DNA of 49,982 bases from Elusimicrobiota bacterium (GTDB lineage Bacteria > Elusimicrobiota > Elusimicrobia > F11): assembly GCA_046153645.1 (NCBI GenBank), contig JBJXGI010000089.1, positions 1 to 49,982 of the forward strand, in the 5' to 3' direction. The position numbers and the translations under genes are program-made. The notes under the pieces were generated by a model. The model saw nothing but the letters and a program-made list of their open reading frames with translations. It was not told the origin of the DNA and did no database searches. Shown here piece by piece: positions 1 to 9,505 of the stretch; position 1 is the first letter of the stretch, and each line of letters opens with the position of its first letter.

Positions 1-6
1 CACACG

Positions 7-420
7 TTGTGCGTCAAGTCCACAAGCTCTTATTCGATGGGCAAAAGTACTCATTCGCTTGCGACCAACGATCACATGCAATGGCAAACATATCAACAGA
101 ATAGATTGATCCAACTCCAAATTGCGACCTTAGAAACAGGTAGTCGAGGTCAACATAGGAAATACTTACCCTTGGCATTTACTGAGCAAGGTGTGGCTAT
201 GCTATCGTCTGTATTAAATTCTCAAAGATCTATAGAAGTAAATATCGCCATCATGCGCACTTTTACTAGGATTAGAGAAATGTTGGTATCTCATAAAAAA
301 TTAGCCTCTAAGCTTTTTCTATTAGAAAAAAAGATTGGAGAACATGGTGTTCATATTCGTTCAATATTTGAGGCAATATACGAATTAACCAAACCAGCAA
401 AAATCGGGTTTAAGCCTTAA
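7..420 (+). pseudogene. ORF6N (KilA-N-like) DNA-binding protein, C-terminal half only; probably truncated
   Basis: [33 protein letters not shown] and C-terminal IGF match ORF6N proteins. The usual N-terminal IRGxKVMLDxDLAxLYGV/RNxxRFP segment is absent upstream, although the frame is open to the window edge. Confidence 0.6.
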
Positions 421-452
421 TCAAAAAAATAATGCCCCAAACTAACACTCCA

Positions 453-1385
453 TCACTCTTTCATTCGACAAAGGGCCCCAGCTTCTGGAAGTGACCCAGA
501 AACGACAGAGGCTACAGATCCATCTTCCCCAAAATGGGAAGCGACTTTAAGGACTCCAATTTCTTTTTCGGTTCTACCAAGAATCATGCCAGTCGTAGGA
601 TCTTTGATTTCTTTTCCTTGAGAAAAAAGAGCGAGTTTTGTACCGACTTCAAGACCAGAGGCATCACCGGCGTTTAAGTAAATTGAACCATCCTCCACAG
701 CAGCCACCCGGCACGACCAAGGTTTCTTATTGACTTGAGAAACGATATTGGTGACAAATTGAACAATCGAAGCTCGAAGAGCTTCTCCCTCGAGAGTTTC
801 GTCGTATTTAGATTGATTGCCCATCCCGAGGAATTTTCCAGTGGCTTTACGCACAACGCCTTTACCAGAATCAGCCAACAATACTTGACCAGTTTCCACA
901 TCAACAACACGCACATCTACCGTGCATTCCACAATTTGTTGTTTGCTTTGGGAGATAATAAAATCTTTTCCTTCTTTTTTAAGGCCGAACTGAGAAACAC
1001 TTCCTGTCACAATGGCATTAAGACCCAAAATTTTTCCAATCTGCGCTGCTGTTCCAGGGTCCACCGCACCAGACTGGCCAAATTTTTGTTCTTCCATAAT
1101 TTTGTCTAACTTAGAACGCTCTACAACAATAAATTTTCCAGACTTGGTGAGCTCGGTAATTAAAATGTCAGTGGCGGTATCCCCAATTCGCTGTTGACCG
1201 TAAGGGGCCTTGTTATCAAAGGCCACAACACCAATTCTTCGCTTAGGTCCCGTTATTTTTGAAACGACTTTTTCAGTCACATCAACAGTGGTGCTTTGTT
1301 TTTGTCGAATTTTTGTTGAGGGTGCACAACCTATATTTGAAAGCGCGACCAAAGCTGCAACTCCGAATGAAATTATTTTATTCAT
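453..1385 (-). CDS. CsgG/HfaB-family lipoprotein with FlgT-C-like C-terminal beta domain
   Basis: Lipobox NIGC; RIGVVAF..LTKSGKFIVVERSKLDKIMEEQ..GKILG..GSVSQF..DVRVVDVETG (CsgG/TolB-N fold); tail IYLNAGDASGLEVG..KDPTTGMILG; SD AAGGAG. Confidence 0.85.
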   Translation of the reverse strand: MNKIISFGVAALVALSNIGCAPSTKIRQKQSTTVDVTEKVVSKITGPKRRIGVVAFDNKAPYGQQRIGDTATDILITELTKSGKFIVVERSKLDKIMEEQKFGQSGAVDPGTAAQIGKILGLNAIVTGSVSQFGLKKEGKDFIISQSKQQIVECTVDVRVVDVETGQVLLADSGKGVVRKATGKFLGMGNQSKYDETLEGEALRASIVQFVTNIVSQVNKKPWSCRVAAVEDGSIYLNAGDASGLEVGTKLALFSQGKEIKDPTTGMILGRTEKEIGVLKVASHFGEDGSVASVVSGSLPEAGALCRMKE

Positions 1386-1397
1386 ATAAATCTCCTT

Positions 1398-2096
1398 TTA
1401 CTTTTTTTCTCTTGAACTTTTTCCAAAATGAAATTCTTTAACTTTTTGGCCATTATTAAACTCTTTAGCAACATAACCAGGCAATGTATTTAAAACGTCG
1501 CTCACTGCCTCTTTTGCTTCACTTTCTAAGGGAAAAGATAACCATTTTTCTAAAGCTTGTTCAGCCACTCGCTCAGCAAATTCTCTCTTAGCTTTTTTGG
1601 GATCAATATTAAAATCCGTGGTCGTTCCTACCCCCTCGTTTTGCCATAATTGTTTACCGGTTAAGGCATCAACTAAAGTTAATTGTATTTTCACTTTTCT
1701 CTGAAAATAAAAACCAATATTTGTTGTATCAAAATTTTCCACATAACCATACAATAAACCTTGCACTCCCAAATCTTTACCTATTTTAACCGGATCCAAA
1801 ACGGGAAGCTGCCCTCCATCAATAATTCCCACCTGGGCCAATTTTTCATTTACATGCGCGATATCAACAGGATTGTAACCAGACCCCTTCAGCGCCTCAT
1901 AAACTATTTTTTGCATGATGTCATCGGCTTTAAGGTCATTGGATTCATTGTCAAATGGAAGAATGGCAATGGATTGTACTAGTGGGGATGCCGGAGGAGA
2001 TATCTGTACAGGGGCGCAAGAAGCAATAAAGATAACAGAAATTAAAATAAGCCCGGTGAAAAATTTTGCGGATGGCAAATTACTTCGGGTTAACAC
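1398..2096 (-). CDS. DUF799/GNA1162-family lipoprotein
   Basis: Lipobox IASC; SIAILPFDNES, LGVQGLLYG, LVDALTGKQLW motifs; GTG start overlaps the upstream gene. Confidence 0.75.
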   Translation of the reverse strand: MLTRSNLPSAKFFTGLILISVIFIASCAPVQISPPASPLVQSIAILPFDNESNDLKADDIMQKIVYEALKGSGYNPVDIAHVNEKLAQVGIIDGGQLPVLDPVKIGKDLGVQGLLYGYVENFDTTNIGFYFQRKVKIQLTLVDALTGKQLWQNEGVGTTTDFNIDPKKAKREFAERVAEQALEKWLSFPLESEAKEAVSDVLNTLPGYVAKEFNNGQKVKEFHFGKSSREKK

Positions 2097-3189
2097 GAAT
2101 AAGCTGACCTTTTATTTCAATAATATTAAGAGGAAGAGACGAACCATTTTGTAAGTGCGTGGCCAATTCGTTTGGTGTTATTCTTCCTAATAACAAATCA
2201 AAAACCGCTTTTCCTTCATAAAAAGATCTCAGTTGTAAATCCTGAACACCAGGCTGAGAAATCAAATGTTTTCGCATCCTTTCTACTTGAGAAAAATCTT
2301 TTGTTTCTTCAGCCCAAATAATAGCTTTGCGACTTTTCCCCCAAGCTTCAATAATTTGAGGCCCTAAATCAGAACCAACAACGAGTCCCACAGAATCTAA
2401 AGCTTTTAAGCCCGCCAATTCATTATTTCCACCAAGACCACTGGCTTCTTTGGCAATGGAAATAAATGAAACTTGAGTGTCTTGCCTAAGTGCTTCAACG
2501 GTTAATCGAGCACGATACGAAACAAAACCACCTAAACCATGCCCCTGAAACGGATAAGCGGTTGCGACTCCTTTTAAAAGAATCTCGGCACCAGAGGTTG
2601 TGGAATCTAAAACTTCAAATCCTTGGGACATCAAAATTTTCTGGAGCGCGCGCGAAGCGGCTTTATCTTCATTTATAACCCCTTCCTGGATATTTTCACT
2701 CATCAACAAAACCAATCGAGGTTTTTGAAAATCTTGTAAATTAAGGAGAGATGAACTGCGTAAATCATCTTCAATATCTTTCAAAGCCACAAGCGCTCTA
2801 ATTTTTGTTTTATAAAAACCGCCTTCAACACTTTGAGATAAAATGTCGAATTTTTTTACGTAACCGTCTGTTTTAGCAAGAATATTATTTTCAATTGCGA
2901 CCGCTTTCTCAACGAAGGTTTTACCTGAAACGAAAACACCAACCGCTTTTTCAACAGCATTCTTTTGCGCATCAACAAGAGAAATTCGTTTGGTTTGAAT
3001 AAGGTCAGCAGAATCATAAGGTGCCAAACCTTCAGCCTCCACAACTTCACCTTGAACAGACTTCCCCACTTTTAAATGAGAACGATGAGTTGAACAAGCA
3101 GACAACAGAAGCAGTGAAGAGAAAACAATAAGAGCCGAATAAAAACCGCCACTCCGGGATGACGGCCGAGATGTAACGCGCTCAATCAT
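2080..3189 (-). CDS. Lipoprotein with FlgT N-terminal-like domain
   Basis: Lipobox LLSAC; VEAEGLA..AQKNAVEKAVGVFVS..ILAKTDGYVKKFDIL..YKTKIRALV, then KPRLVLL. Confidence 0.7.
   Translation of the reverse strand: MIERVTSRPSSRSGGFYSALIVFSSLLLLSACSTHRSHLKVGKSVQGEVVEAEGLAPYDSADLIQTKRISLVDAQKNAVEKAVGVFVSGKTFVEKAVAIENNILAKTDGYVKKFDILSQSVEGGFYKTKIRALVALKDIEDDLRSSSLLNLQDFQKPRLVLLMSENIQEGVINEDKAASRALQKILMSQGFEVLDSTTSGAEILLKGVATAYPFQGHGLGGFVSYRARLTVEALRQDTQVSFISIAKEASGLGGNNELAGLKALDSVGLVVGSDLGPQIIEAWGKSRKAIIWAEETKDFSQVERMRKHLISQPGVQDLQLRSFYEGKAVFDLLLGRITPNELATHLQNGSSLPLNIIEIKGQLIRVNPK
3138..3166 (-). terminator. Intrinsic terminator-like hairpin inside the 5' end of the FlgT-N gene
   Basis: Minus strand GCCGUCAU-CCCGGA-GUGGCGGU followed by UUUUAUU, about 30 nt past the LPP20 stop. 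Confidence 0.5.
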
Positions 3190-3193
3190 GAAT

Positions 3194-3637
3194 TTATTTA
3201 AATTTTATTCCCATCATGTCTTGCAGGCGTTTTTTATCCAAGCGAAGAGTGACCACACAACCATCGTCATTGGTCCATTCATTTTTGACTATTTCAGCGC
3301 CTTTAATAGCCGCATCAATTTTTGTTTGAAGAACAGAATCTGTTTCAATGGCTTTTTCTACGCGAATTCCACCTTCCAAATCGATTCCTTTAATCATAGA
3401 AAGCATTTCGTATTGAGAAGCAACAATGGCCGCATTTCGAGAAGTTGCTCGGCGCTGGGTTCCGTTAGAAAGAGTTGGATCGGCGGCTCCAATACCAATG
3501 GCTTCAATATATTTCTTCGTCACCGCTTCTTGCTCAATGGTTTTTTGAATTTCGCCTTTTTTTACATAAGATTTTTTTCCGCTCCCGCAACCAACCACTA
3601 AAACAGATAATGCCAATAAAAATATTGTCTTTTGCAT
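3194..3637 (-). CDS. LPP20/FlgP-family lipoprotein
   Basis: Lipobox VVGC; IEAIGIGAAD..RNAAIVASQYEM..IKG..IDAAIKGAEIV; SD AAGGAG. Confidence 0.75.
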   Translation of the reverse strand: MQKTIFLLALSVLVVGCGSGKKSYVKKGEIQKTIEQEAVTKKYIEAIGIGAADPTLSNGTQRRATSRNAAIVASQYEMLSMIKGIDLEGGIRVEKAIETDSVLQTKIDAAIKGAEIVKNEWTNDDGCVVTLRLDKKRLQDMMGIKFK

Positions 3638-3658
3638 TTTAACTTCTCCTTTTTTTAG

Positions 3659-4747
3659 TTAAGCGATATTCCCACTTACAACAGATGGGAATGACGACAT
3701 TTCTTGAAAATTTAACACACTCACCCGAGCTGCTACTTGCTCAGCTATATTTGAAAATATTTTGGCGCTTTGAGATTGCGCATGGGAAATCACGACGGGT
3801 TTTCCGTCATCTCCCCCCATAACCACCTGTGGGTCAATGGGAATGGCACCCAAAAATGGAATTTCAAGTCGTTCCGCTTCTTTCTGGGCCCCATTTTTCG
3901 AAAAGATATTGCTTACTTCGTGACAATGGGGGCATGAAAACCCCGACATATTTTCTATTAATCCCAAAACAGGCACATTTAATTTTTGAAACATTCCAAT
4001 TCCCTTGATTCCGTCCAAAAGAGAAACCGCTTGCGGCGTAGAAACAATAACCACTCCAGCCAATGGGACTGTTTGAATCACAGTTAATTGCGCATCACCT
4101 GTTCCGGGGGGATTATCAATAATTAAATAATCTAATTCTCCCCACTCCGTATCCCGAATCAATTGCTGAATGGCTCCGTGAACCATGGGCCCTCGCCAAA
4201 TTTTAGGAGCATCAACATTCATCACATAGGCAATGGACATTAATTTAACACCATGTGCGATAAAAGGCGTTATTTTATTATTATCGGAAACTTCCGCTTT
4301 TCCTGAAGAACCCATCATAAGAGGCACATTAGGACCATGAATATCCGCATCCAAAAGCCCCACCTTCGCACCTTTTTGGGCGAGAGACACAGCTAAATTA
4401 ACAGCCACGGTTGTTTTACCCACCCCGCCTTTACACGCATAAACGGCGATTACATTTTTAACCCCTGGAATGGCAGACTTTGCTGAAACCGGTTTGGCTT
4501 GAATGACCCGGGAAGTAAACTCAATTTGTATAGCTAAAATATCTTTTAATACAGAAAGCGCTTTTTCTATTCGAGCTTTTAATTCGTCTTTCATTGGGCA
4601 AGCGGGAGTGGTGAGTTCAACGACAATCTTAAGGCTCGTTCCATTTAAATGAATCGACTTCACCATATTAAGAGAAACAATATCGCGGTGCAGTTCGGGT
4701 TCTTGAACGGTAGAAAGAAGATCTCTTACTTCTTGAGAGGTTGTCAT
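3659..4747 (-). CDS. mrp: Mrp/ApbC Fe-S cluster carrier ATPase
   Basis: N-terminal FeS_assembly_P domain (LTTPACP), KGGVGKTT, DADIHGP, WRGPM, PPGTGD, ENMSGFSCPHC. Confidence 0.95.
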   Translation of the reverse strand: MTTSQEVRDLLSTVQEPELHRDIVSLNMVKSIHLNGTSLKIVVELTTPACPMKDELKARIEKALSVLKDILAIQIEFTSRVIQAKPVSAKSAIPGVKNVIAVYACKGGVGKTTVAVNLAVSLAQKGAKVGLLDADIHGPNVPLMMGSSGKAEVSDNNKITPFIAHGVKLMSIAYVMNVDAPKIWRGPMVHGAIQQLIRDTEWGELDYLIIDNPPGTGDAQLTVIQTVPLAGVVIVSTPQAVSLLDGIKGIGMFQKLNVPVLGLIENMSGFSCPHCHEVSNIFSKNGAQKEAERLEIPFLGAIPIDPQVVMGGDDGKPVVISHAQSQSAKIFSNIAEQVAARVSVLNFQEMSSFPSVVSGNIA

Positions 4748-4758
4748 TTTACTTTCAT

Positions 4759-5040
4759 TTATTCCATATTCATTGATTCAACTGAAAGAATTTCTGGAAC
4801 TTCCATTTTAATCACACGCTCAATTCCATTTTTTAAAGTCATGGTTGACATCGCGCAACCACCGCACGCTCCAACCAATTGTAAAGTAACAACACCTCTC
4901 TCAGAGATATCAACAATTTCAGCATCACCCCCATCGGCTTGAAGAGCAGGACGCACTCGATCGAGGGCTGCTTCAACCCTCCGACGAGTATCTTCCATAT
5001 TTGTAATAGCGGGGGGAGTCATATCGGTTTTATTTTCCAT
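4759..5040 (-). CDS. NifU C-terminal (Nfu) domain Fe-S carrier
   Basis: VRPALQADGGD..LVGACGGCAMSTMTLKNGIE; SD AAGGAG. Confidence 0.93.
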   Translation of the reverse strand: MENKTDMTPPAITNMEDTRRRVEAALDRVRPALQADGGDAEIVDISERGVVTLQLVGACGGCAMSTMTLKNGIERVIKMEVPEILSVESMNME

Positions 5041-5067
5041 GGGTTTCTCCTTCGTACTGAGATTGGT

Positions 5068-5076
5068 ATTGTATCA
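5068..5076 (-). promoter_or_regulatory. Extended -10 promoter for the nfu-mrp-lipoprotein operon
   Basis: Minus strand TG-A-TACAAT about 28 nt upstream of the nfu start. Confidence 0.5.
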
Positions 5077-5096
5077 CTATTTCCTATAAATATTTA

Positions 5097-6161
5097 TTAG
5101 GAATAAATGTGTTTTTCTTCGATTAAAATATTATCTTTGCGGTGATCTATAATAACGCCCAATACCACTTTGATCATGGCAGCTACTGGAATAGCAAGAA
5201 TTAACCCTACAAATCCAGCCAATTCTGACCCCGCCAATATCGAAAAAACCATAACCAATGGATTCAATTGAACGCTCGATCCCAAAACAAGCGGGATAAA
5301 AAGAAAATCGTCTAATAATCGAATCACCAAATAAAGCAATGCAATGGCAATAAGAATATTTGTCGGAAGCCCCTGAAAATAGGCGGCGATCAAAGCAATG
5401 CCTCCTCCCGCAATAGCTGCCAAAAAAGGAACAAAGTTGAAAAGACCTGTGATAAGACCCATGATAAGAGCGCCTTTAAACCCCAAAAGCCACAACCCCA
5501 CCATGGTGACCCCGCCAACGCAACTGGCTTCTAATAATTGACCACGAACATATCCACCTAAGGTGGTATTAATCTCCGCTAAAAAACTAAGCAAACTTTC
5601 CACATAATGACTGGGAGTGTTATTAAAAAGAATTCGATTCCATTTCTCCCCATCTTTAAGTCCAAAAAAACAAGAGAACGGAATCACAACAATCCAGATG
5701 ACCCAATGAGCAGCATTTAGAATATTCGATAGAAAATTCATTAAAAAACGACCCAAAATTTTCTCAGAATGAAATGAGATGACAAACTGCTTTGCGCTTT
5801 CACCCAAAAAAGGTGAAAGATGGACCTGGGCGCGCTCGTTTACATGCGTGAGTAAATGTTCAAAGCTGGCTTTATAATTTGGAATTTCTTTAAGAATCGA
5901 AAATAATTCCCGCGACAAAAGCGGAATAAAAAAAATCGAGAGCAAAATCATAAAACCAATTAAAAATATAAACATCACAAATACAACTCGGTCTCGTCTC
6001 AAACCCCGCGCCACAAACCGGTTGATGAGAGGATTTAACATATAGGCCAAACCCAGGCCGACCAAAAAAGGAAGAACAATATTCCACACCTGAAAAAGAA
6101 ACACGAGAATTCCGCACAACGCGACACCGACAAAAAATCGACCCCAAAACCGTGTTTCCAT
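5097..6161 (-). CDS. AI-2E (PerM/UPF0118) family transporter
   Basis: Multi-TM; LAYMLNP, GYVRGQLL, FNFVPFL, LNPLVMVFSILAG..GLILAIPVAA. Confidence 0.9.
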   Translation of the reverse strand: METRFWGRFFVGVALCGILVFLFQVWNIVLPFLVGLGLAYMLNPLINRFVARGLRRDRVVFVMFIFLIGFMILLSIFFIPLLSRELFSILKEIPNYKASFEHLLTHVNERAQVHLSPFLGESAKQFVISFHSEKILGRFLMNFLSNILNAAHWVIWIVVIPFSCFFGLKDGEKWNRILFNNTPSHYVESLLSFLAEINTTLGGYVRGQLLEASCVGGVTMVGLWLLGFKGALIMGLITGLFNFVPFLAAIAGGGIALIAAYFQGLPTNILIAIALLYLVIRLLDDFLFIPLVLGSSVQLNPLVMVFSILAGSELAGFVGLILAIPVAAMIKVVLGVIIDHRKDNILIEEKHIYS

Positions 6162-6676
6162 TAAACCAATCCCTTTGTTTTTTGTTCAAGATCCAGATTA
6201 GCCCTTCTAATTAATGAAGAAAGAAAAGCGGCAATATTTTTTAATAGTTTGATTCCAAGCGTCGGATATCGATGGATTAAATCTTCCATGGCCGAAGTGT
6301 AGAGAAAGTAAATTTCACCATTTTTAATTACAGTCGCTGTAGCCGATCTGGGGACTTGTTCCAACAAAGCCATTTCTCCAAACATTTGCCCGGGCTGTGC
6401 AATAGCCAATACTTGTTTATTGCCATCGGTTGTTTTGCGATGCAATTCAACTGCTCCGGATTTCAGAAGGAATACCGCCTTTCCACTTTGTCCTTCAGAA
6501 AAAACGACTTCTCCAACGGCATAATTTCTTTTTTGAAACGCAACAATAAGCCGACTTAATTCACGACTGGAGAATCCGTGAAAAAGAGGAATGGATCTCA
6601 AGAAAAGAACTTCTTGCCGATGTTTTTCATCTCTGAAAAAAAATCGAAACCATCGAGGAAGAGAAGGTTTGATCAT
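6161..6676 (-). CDS. Stand-alone cyclic nucleotide-binding domain protein (no HTH)
   Basis: FLRSIPLF, VFSEGQSG, FGEMALLEQVPRSATA; the protein ends after the C-helix. Confidence 0.9.
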   Translation of the reverse strand: MIKPSLPRWFRFFFRDEKHRQEVLFLRSIPLFHGFSSRELSRLIVAFQKRNYAVGEVVFSEGQSGKAVFLLKSGAVELHRKTTDGNKQVLAIAQPGQMFGEMALLEQVPRSATATVIKNGEIYFLYTSAMEDLIHRYPTLGIKLLKNIAAFLSSLIRRANLDLEQKTKGLV

Positions 6677-6682
6677 GACCAG

Positions 6683-9460
6683 TTACTCCGAAACCAAATT
6701 TACAGTTAAGGATAATTTGGGTGATTTTTGAATAAACTCACGCGTGATAAGCGCTTGGCCGGACGCCAACAAAGTAAATTGAACCTCACATCCGGCTGAA
6801 ATAATATTTTTAATTTTCCATTTGTCTGGTGTGGACTTCTGCAGGTTTCTATAAGTAACACTCACTTCACTTCCCGCAAACCGAATAATCACTGTCGCTT
6901 CATTTTTACGATCAAATTGTTGTGGAACCAATTGAGGATGCAGCAATAAATCTCCCCCCCATCCTCTCACACCAAAAGCTTGCGTTAAAAGAGTTAACAC
7001 ATACCAACTTGCAGAACCCGTTAAATAGGCATATCGACCTCGTCCTTCATTATTAAAATACTCAGGTAATCCAGGATAAATTTGGCTTTTGGCACTATCT
7101 TTGGCCATTTCATGAAGTGAATTTAACGCCCTAAACCCTTCTTTAAAAAAACCTCTTTGATAAAGAGCATTTGAATACATCACAACCATATGACTAAACA
7201 CCGCCCCGTTTTCTTTTTCACCATAAGAGAATGAAAATGCTCTCCCCAAATGAGGCTGAAGGGCCTTGAAATTGGTATTCAAACGATAACCACCAATTTT
7301 TTTATCGAACAAATACTGATCTACCGCTTTGGTTATTTGAAAAACTCTTTCTTTAGAAGCGGTTCCAGACATGATAGGGAAAACCTGCCCTGTTAATGTC
7401 ATTCGAGCTTCACCGTTTTCTCTCAAACCTTCAACGCGGCTCCCCGTGTTGTCATAATATCCATTAAACCACCCAGAACCTTTGCATTCAATCCATTCAG
7501 ATGTGTTAATTTTGGATTTTATCCACTGGGCTTTCGCTCTCAAATCTTGAATAATTTTATTAATACCCCATTTTTTCTTAGTACCACTTACATTTCCCGA
7601 AACAACTTCAAAATATTTTTTTAACCGCGCTTGTTTATCAAAAATATTATCGTAATCAACTTTCACATTAACGGAATCAAGTAAATCGTCTAATTCTTCA
7701 GCCAATTCAATTGTCTCAAGATTGGTTTTTTTCTGAATCATTTCTAAAAGAGAGGCAATCAGTTCTAAATTACTTGCATACAAACCCGTGAAAGTAACGC
7801 TTTCACCTCGAGCATGGGCCAAATCAAGACCATCGTTCCAATCGGCATCTTCCAGGCGAATCATGTTGTGTTCACCCACATTAAAAAACTGAACCAACGT
7901 TTGAACAAGCACATGTTCTAAGACCGTTCCGGTATAAACTGAAGAATTTTGAGAACGCGACTTACATTTTTTCTCTGCTGAAACCAATTCTTCTTCTTTG
8001 GCCCAGGTTGAATTTACTTTTTTGGCTCGATGTGTTAATGCATCTCTAAAATAAGGGACTTGTTCAAATAATAAATCCCAATCTCCAGTTTGATTGAGAT
8101 AAAGCGCCGTTGTCAAAAGCGGCCAAATTCCATGATCCATCCAAGTTCGAGCGATACTATTACGATCAGCGATAAACTCAGGAATCCACTTATATTGGTC
8201 TCCCACTTTTTCTTTTTTCCGAGCAATAATAGTGGCATTAGATCCGTCTAAACGGACCCCACCATAATTGTTCAAAATATCAGGTCGAACTTCTTCTGGG
8301 TTGGCAAGCAAAAGGGCCAAACAATCTTGCCATAAATCTCTCCAGCCGCGGCCACCACGGCCATAATCAAAATCGGGCAAAAACGAACAGCCGAATAACT
8401 TTCGAAAATGAGGTTGCATTTGAACCCATTTGATCCATTGATTGAAGTCTAAATCACCAGATTTAAAAACAATACTTGAAAGTTTATTCTCCCAATATTT
8501 TTTGGTTCGGTTTAATTCCGAAGCCAAACCTGCTCCCTTTAATTTTAGAAGCGGTTTTTCATGAGCAGAACCTTCTCTATCTATACCCAATAATAATGTG
8601 AAAGAGGTCGATTGCCCTGGTTTTAAAGAAATTGGTTTAAATTGCAACGCTGCTATGGCTTCTTTCCCTTGATCAAGAACAGAAATCTTATTGACTGGTG
8701 AGCGACGATTTTTCAGTGCGCCCGGCGTATCTAAATCGCCCCCTTCTTCTATAAACCGCTCTAATGTAGGGAAAAAACCAACCGGAGCATTACCAGCCCC
8801 ATCTATTCCCACAACATAATATTGTGTTGAGTTAACCAGATGCCCCCGCTCATTAAAACTCATCGTTGGTTTTAATGAAATTCCAAATTTCTCTTTTTCC
8901 AATCGATTCAGAAGAGAGGTAACGTGCCTGTGATCTCTTAAATTATCGGCTGAACGTCCATACAATGGAATAGCTGATGTTGCGGTAAAACGAATCGATT
9001 TACGTGAAATGTTTTTAATTTCCACCCTAAAAATCTCATGAGTTCCTTCTGGTGGAATAAAACTTAAAACTTGAGCAGTGAGACCGAGGGAAGGAGCCAC
9101 TCTCGTTAGTTGGTGCCACAAATGGCCCGCTTCAACAATTGATTTTTCCTTATCAGACGGACTGGCTTTCTGCCAAGAAGACATTCCTGTCACTGACCAA
9201 GGTGTTTTAGTTTTATCATCAAAAACCAACCAAAAATTTCGGGAAGAACGGCTCAAATGTAAATCTTCAATAGAAACAGGGATCGTCAAAAAAGTGTGCT
9301 GATCAATTTTAATGTCACCTTGTAATTGCGGACCCACCGCAGAAAGAATTCCATCTTCATTACAAAGAGGAAAGTAAATGGGCGGCAATTGTATTGGATT
9401 TTCAACAATGAACGATGAATCTGAACCTATATAACGATAAACATTCTTATTCGTTTTCAT
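6683..9460 (-). CDS. GH94 glycoside phosphorylase, laminaribiose phosphorylase-like
   Basis: YGRSADNLRDHRHVTSLL, DYGRGGRGWRDLWQDCLAL, WMDHGIWP, DWNDGLD, KENGAVFSH, YLTGSASW; resembles the Paenibacillus laminaribiose phosphorylase as I recall it. Confidence 0.85.
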   Translation of the reverse strand: MKTNKNVYRYIGSDSSFIVENPIQLPPIYFPLCNEDGILSAVGPQLQGDIKIDQHTFLTIPVSIEDLHLSRSSRNFWLVFDDKTKTPWSVTGMSSWQKASPSDKEKSIVEAGHLWHQLTRVAPSLGLTAQVLSFIPPEGTHEIFRVEIKNISRKSIRFTATSAIPLYGRSADNLRDHRHVTSLLNRLEKEKFGISLKPTMSFNERGHLVNSTQYYVVGIDGAGNAPVGFFPTLERFIEEGGDLDTPGALKNRRSPVNKISVLDQGKEAIAALQFKPISLKPGQSTSFTLLLGIDREGSAHEKPLLKLKGAGLASELNRTKKYWENKLSSIVFKSGDLDFNQWIKWVQMQPHFRKLFGCSFLPDFDYGRGGRGWRDLWQDCLALLLANPEEVRPDILNNYGGVRLDGSNATIIARKKEKVGDQYKWIPEFIADRNSIARTWMDHGIWPLLTTALYLNQTGDWDLLFEQVPYFRDALTHRAKKVNSTWAKEEELVSAEKKCKSRSQNSSVYTGTVLEHVLVQTLVQFFNVGEHNMIRLEDADWNDGLDLAHARGESVTFTGLYASNLELIASLLEMIQKKTNLETIELAEELDDLLDSVNVKVDYDNIFDKQARLKKYFEVVSGNVSGTKKKWGINKIIQDLRAKAQWIKSKINTSEWIECKGSGWFNGYYDNTGSRVEGLRENGEARMTLTGQVFPIMSGTASKERVFQITKAVDQYLFDKKIGGYRLNTNFKALQPHLGRAFSFSYGEKENGAVFSHMVVMYSNALYQRGFFKEGFRALNSLHEMAKDSAKSQIYPGLPEYFNNEGRGRYAYLTGSASWYVLTLLTQAFGVRGWGGDLLLHPQLVPQQFDRKNEATVIIRFAGSEVSVTYRNLQKSTPDKWKIKNIISAGCEVQFTLLASGQALITREFIQKSPKLSLTVNLVSE

Positions 9461-9505
9461 GAATTTAAAACTCCGTGGAATGAAATGGTTTCTTATTTTA
9501 CTTTA

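Noticed and set aside
453..1385. Curli biogenesis locus
   Set aside because: No csgA/B/E/F-like genes nearby; the protein has an extra C-terminal domain.
6161..6676. CRP transcription factor that could bind the 19952-19967 site
   Set aside because: The protein lacks the C-terminal HTH domain.
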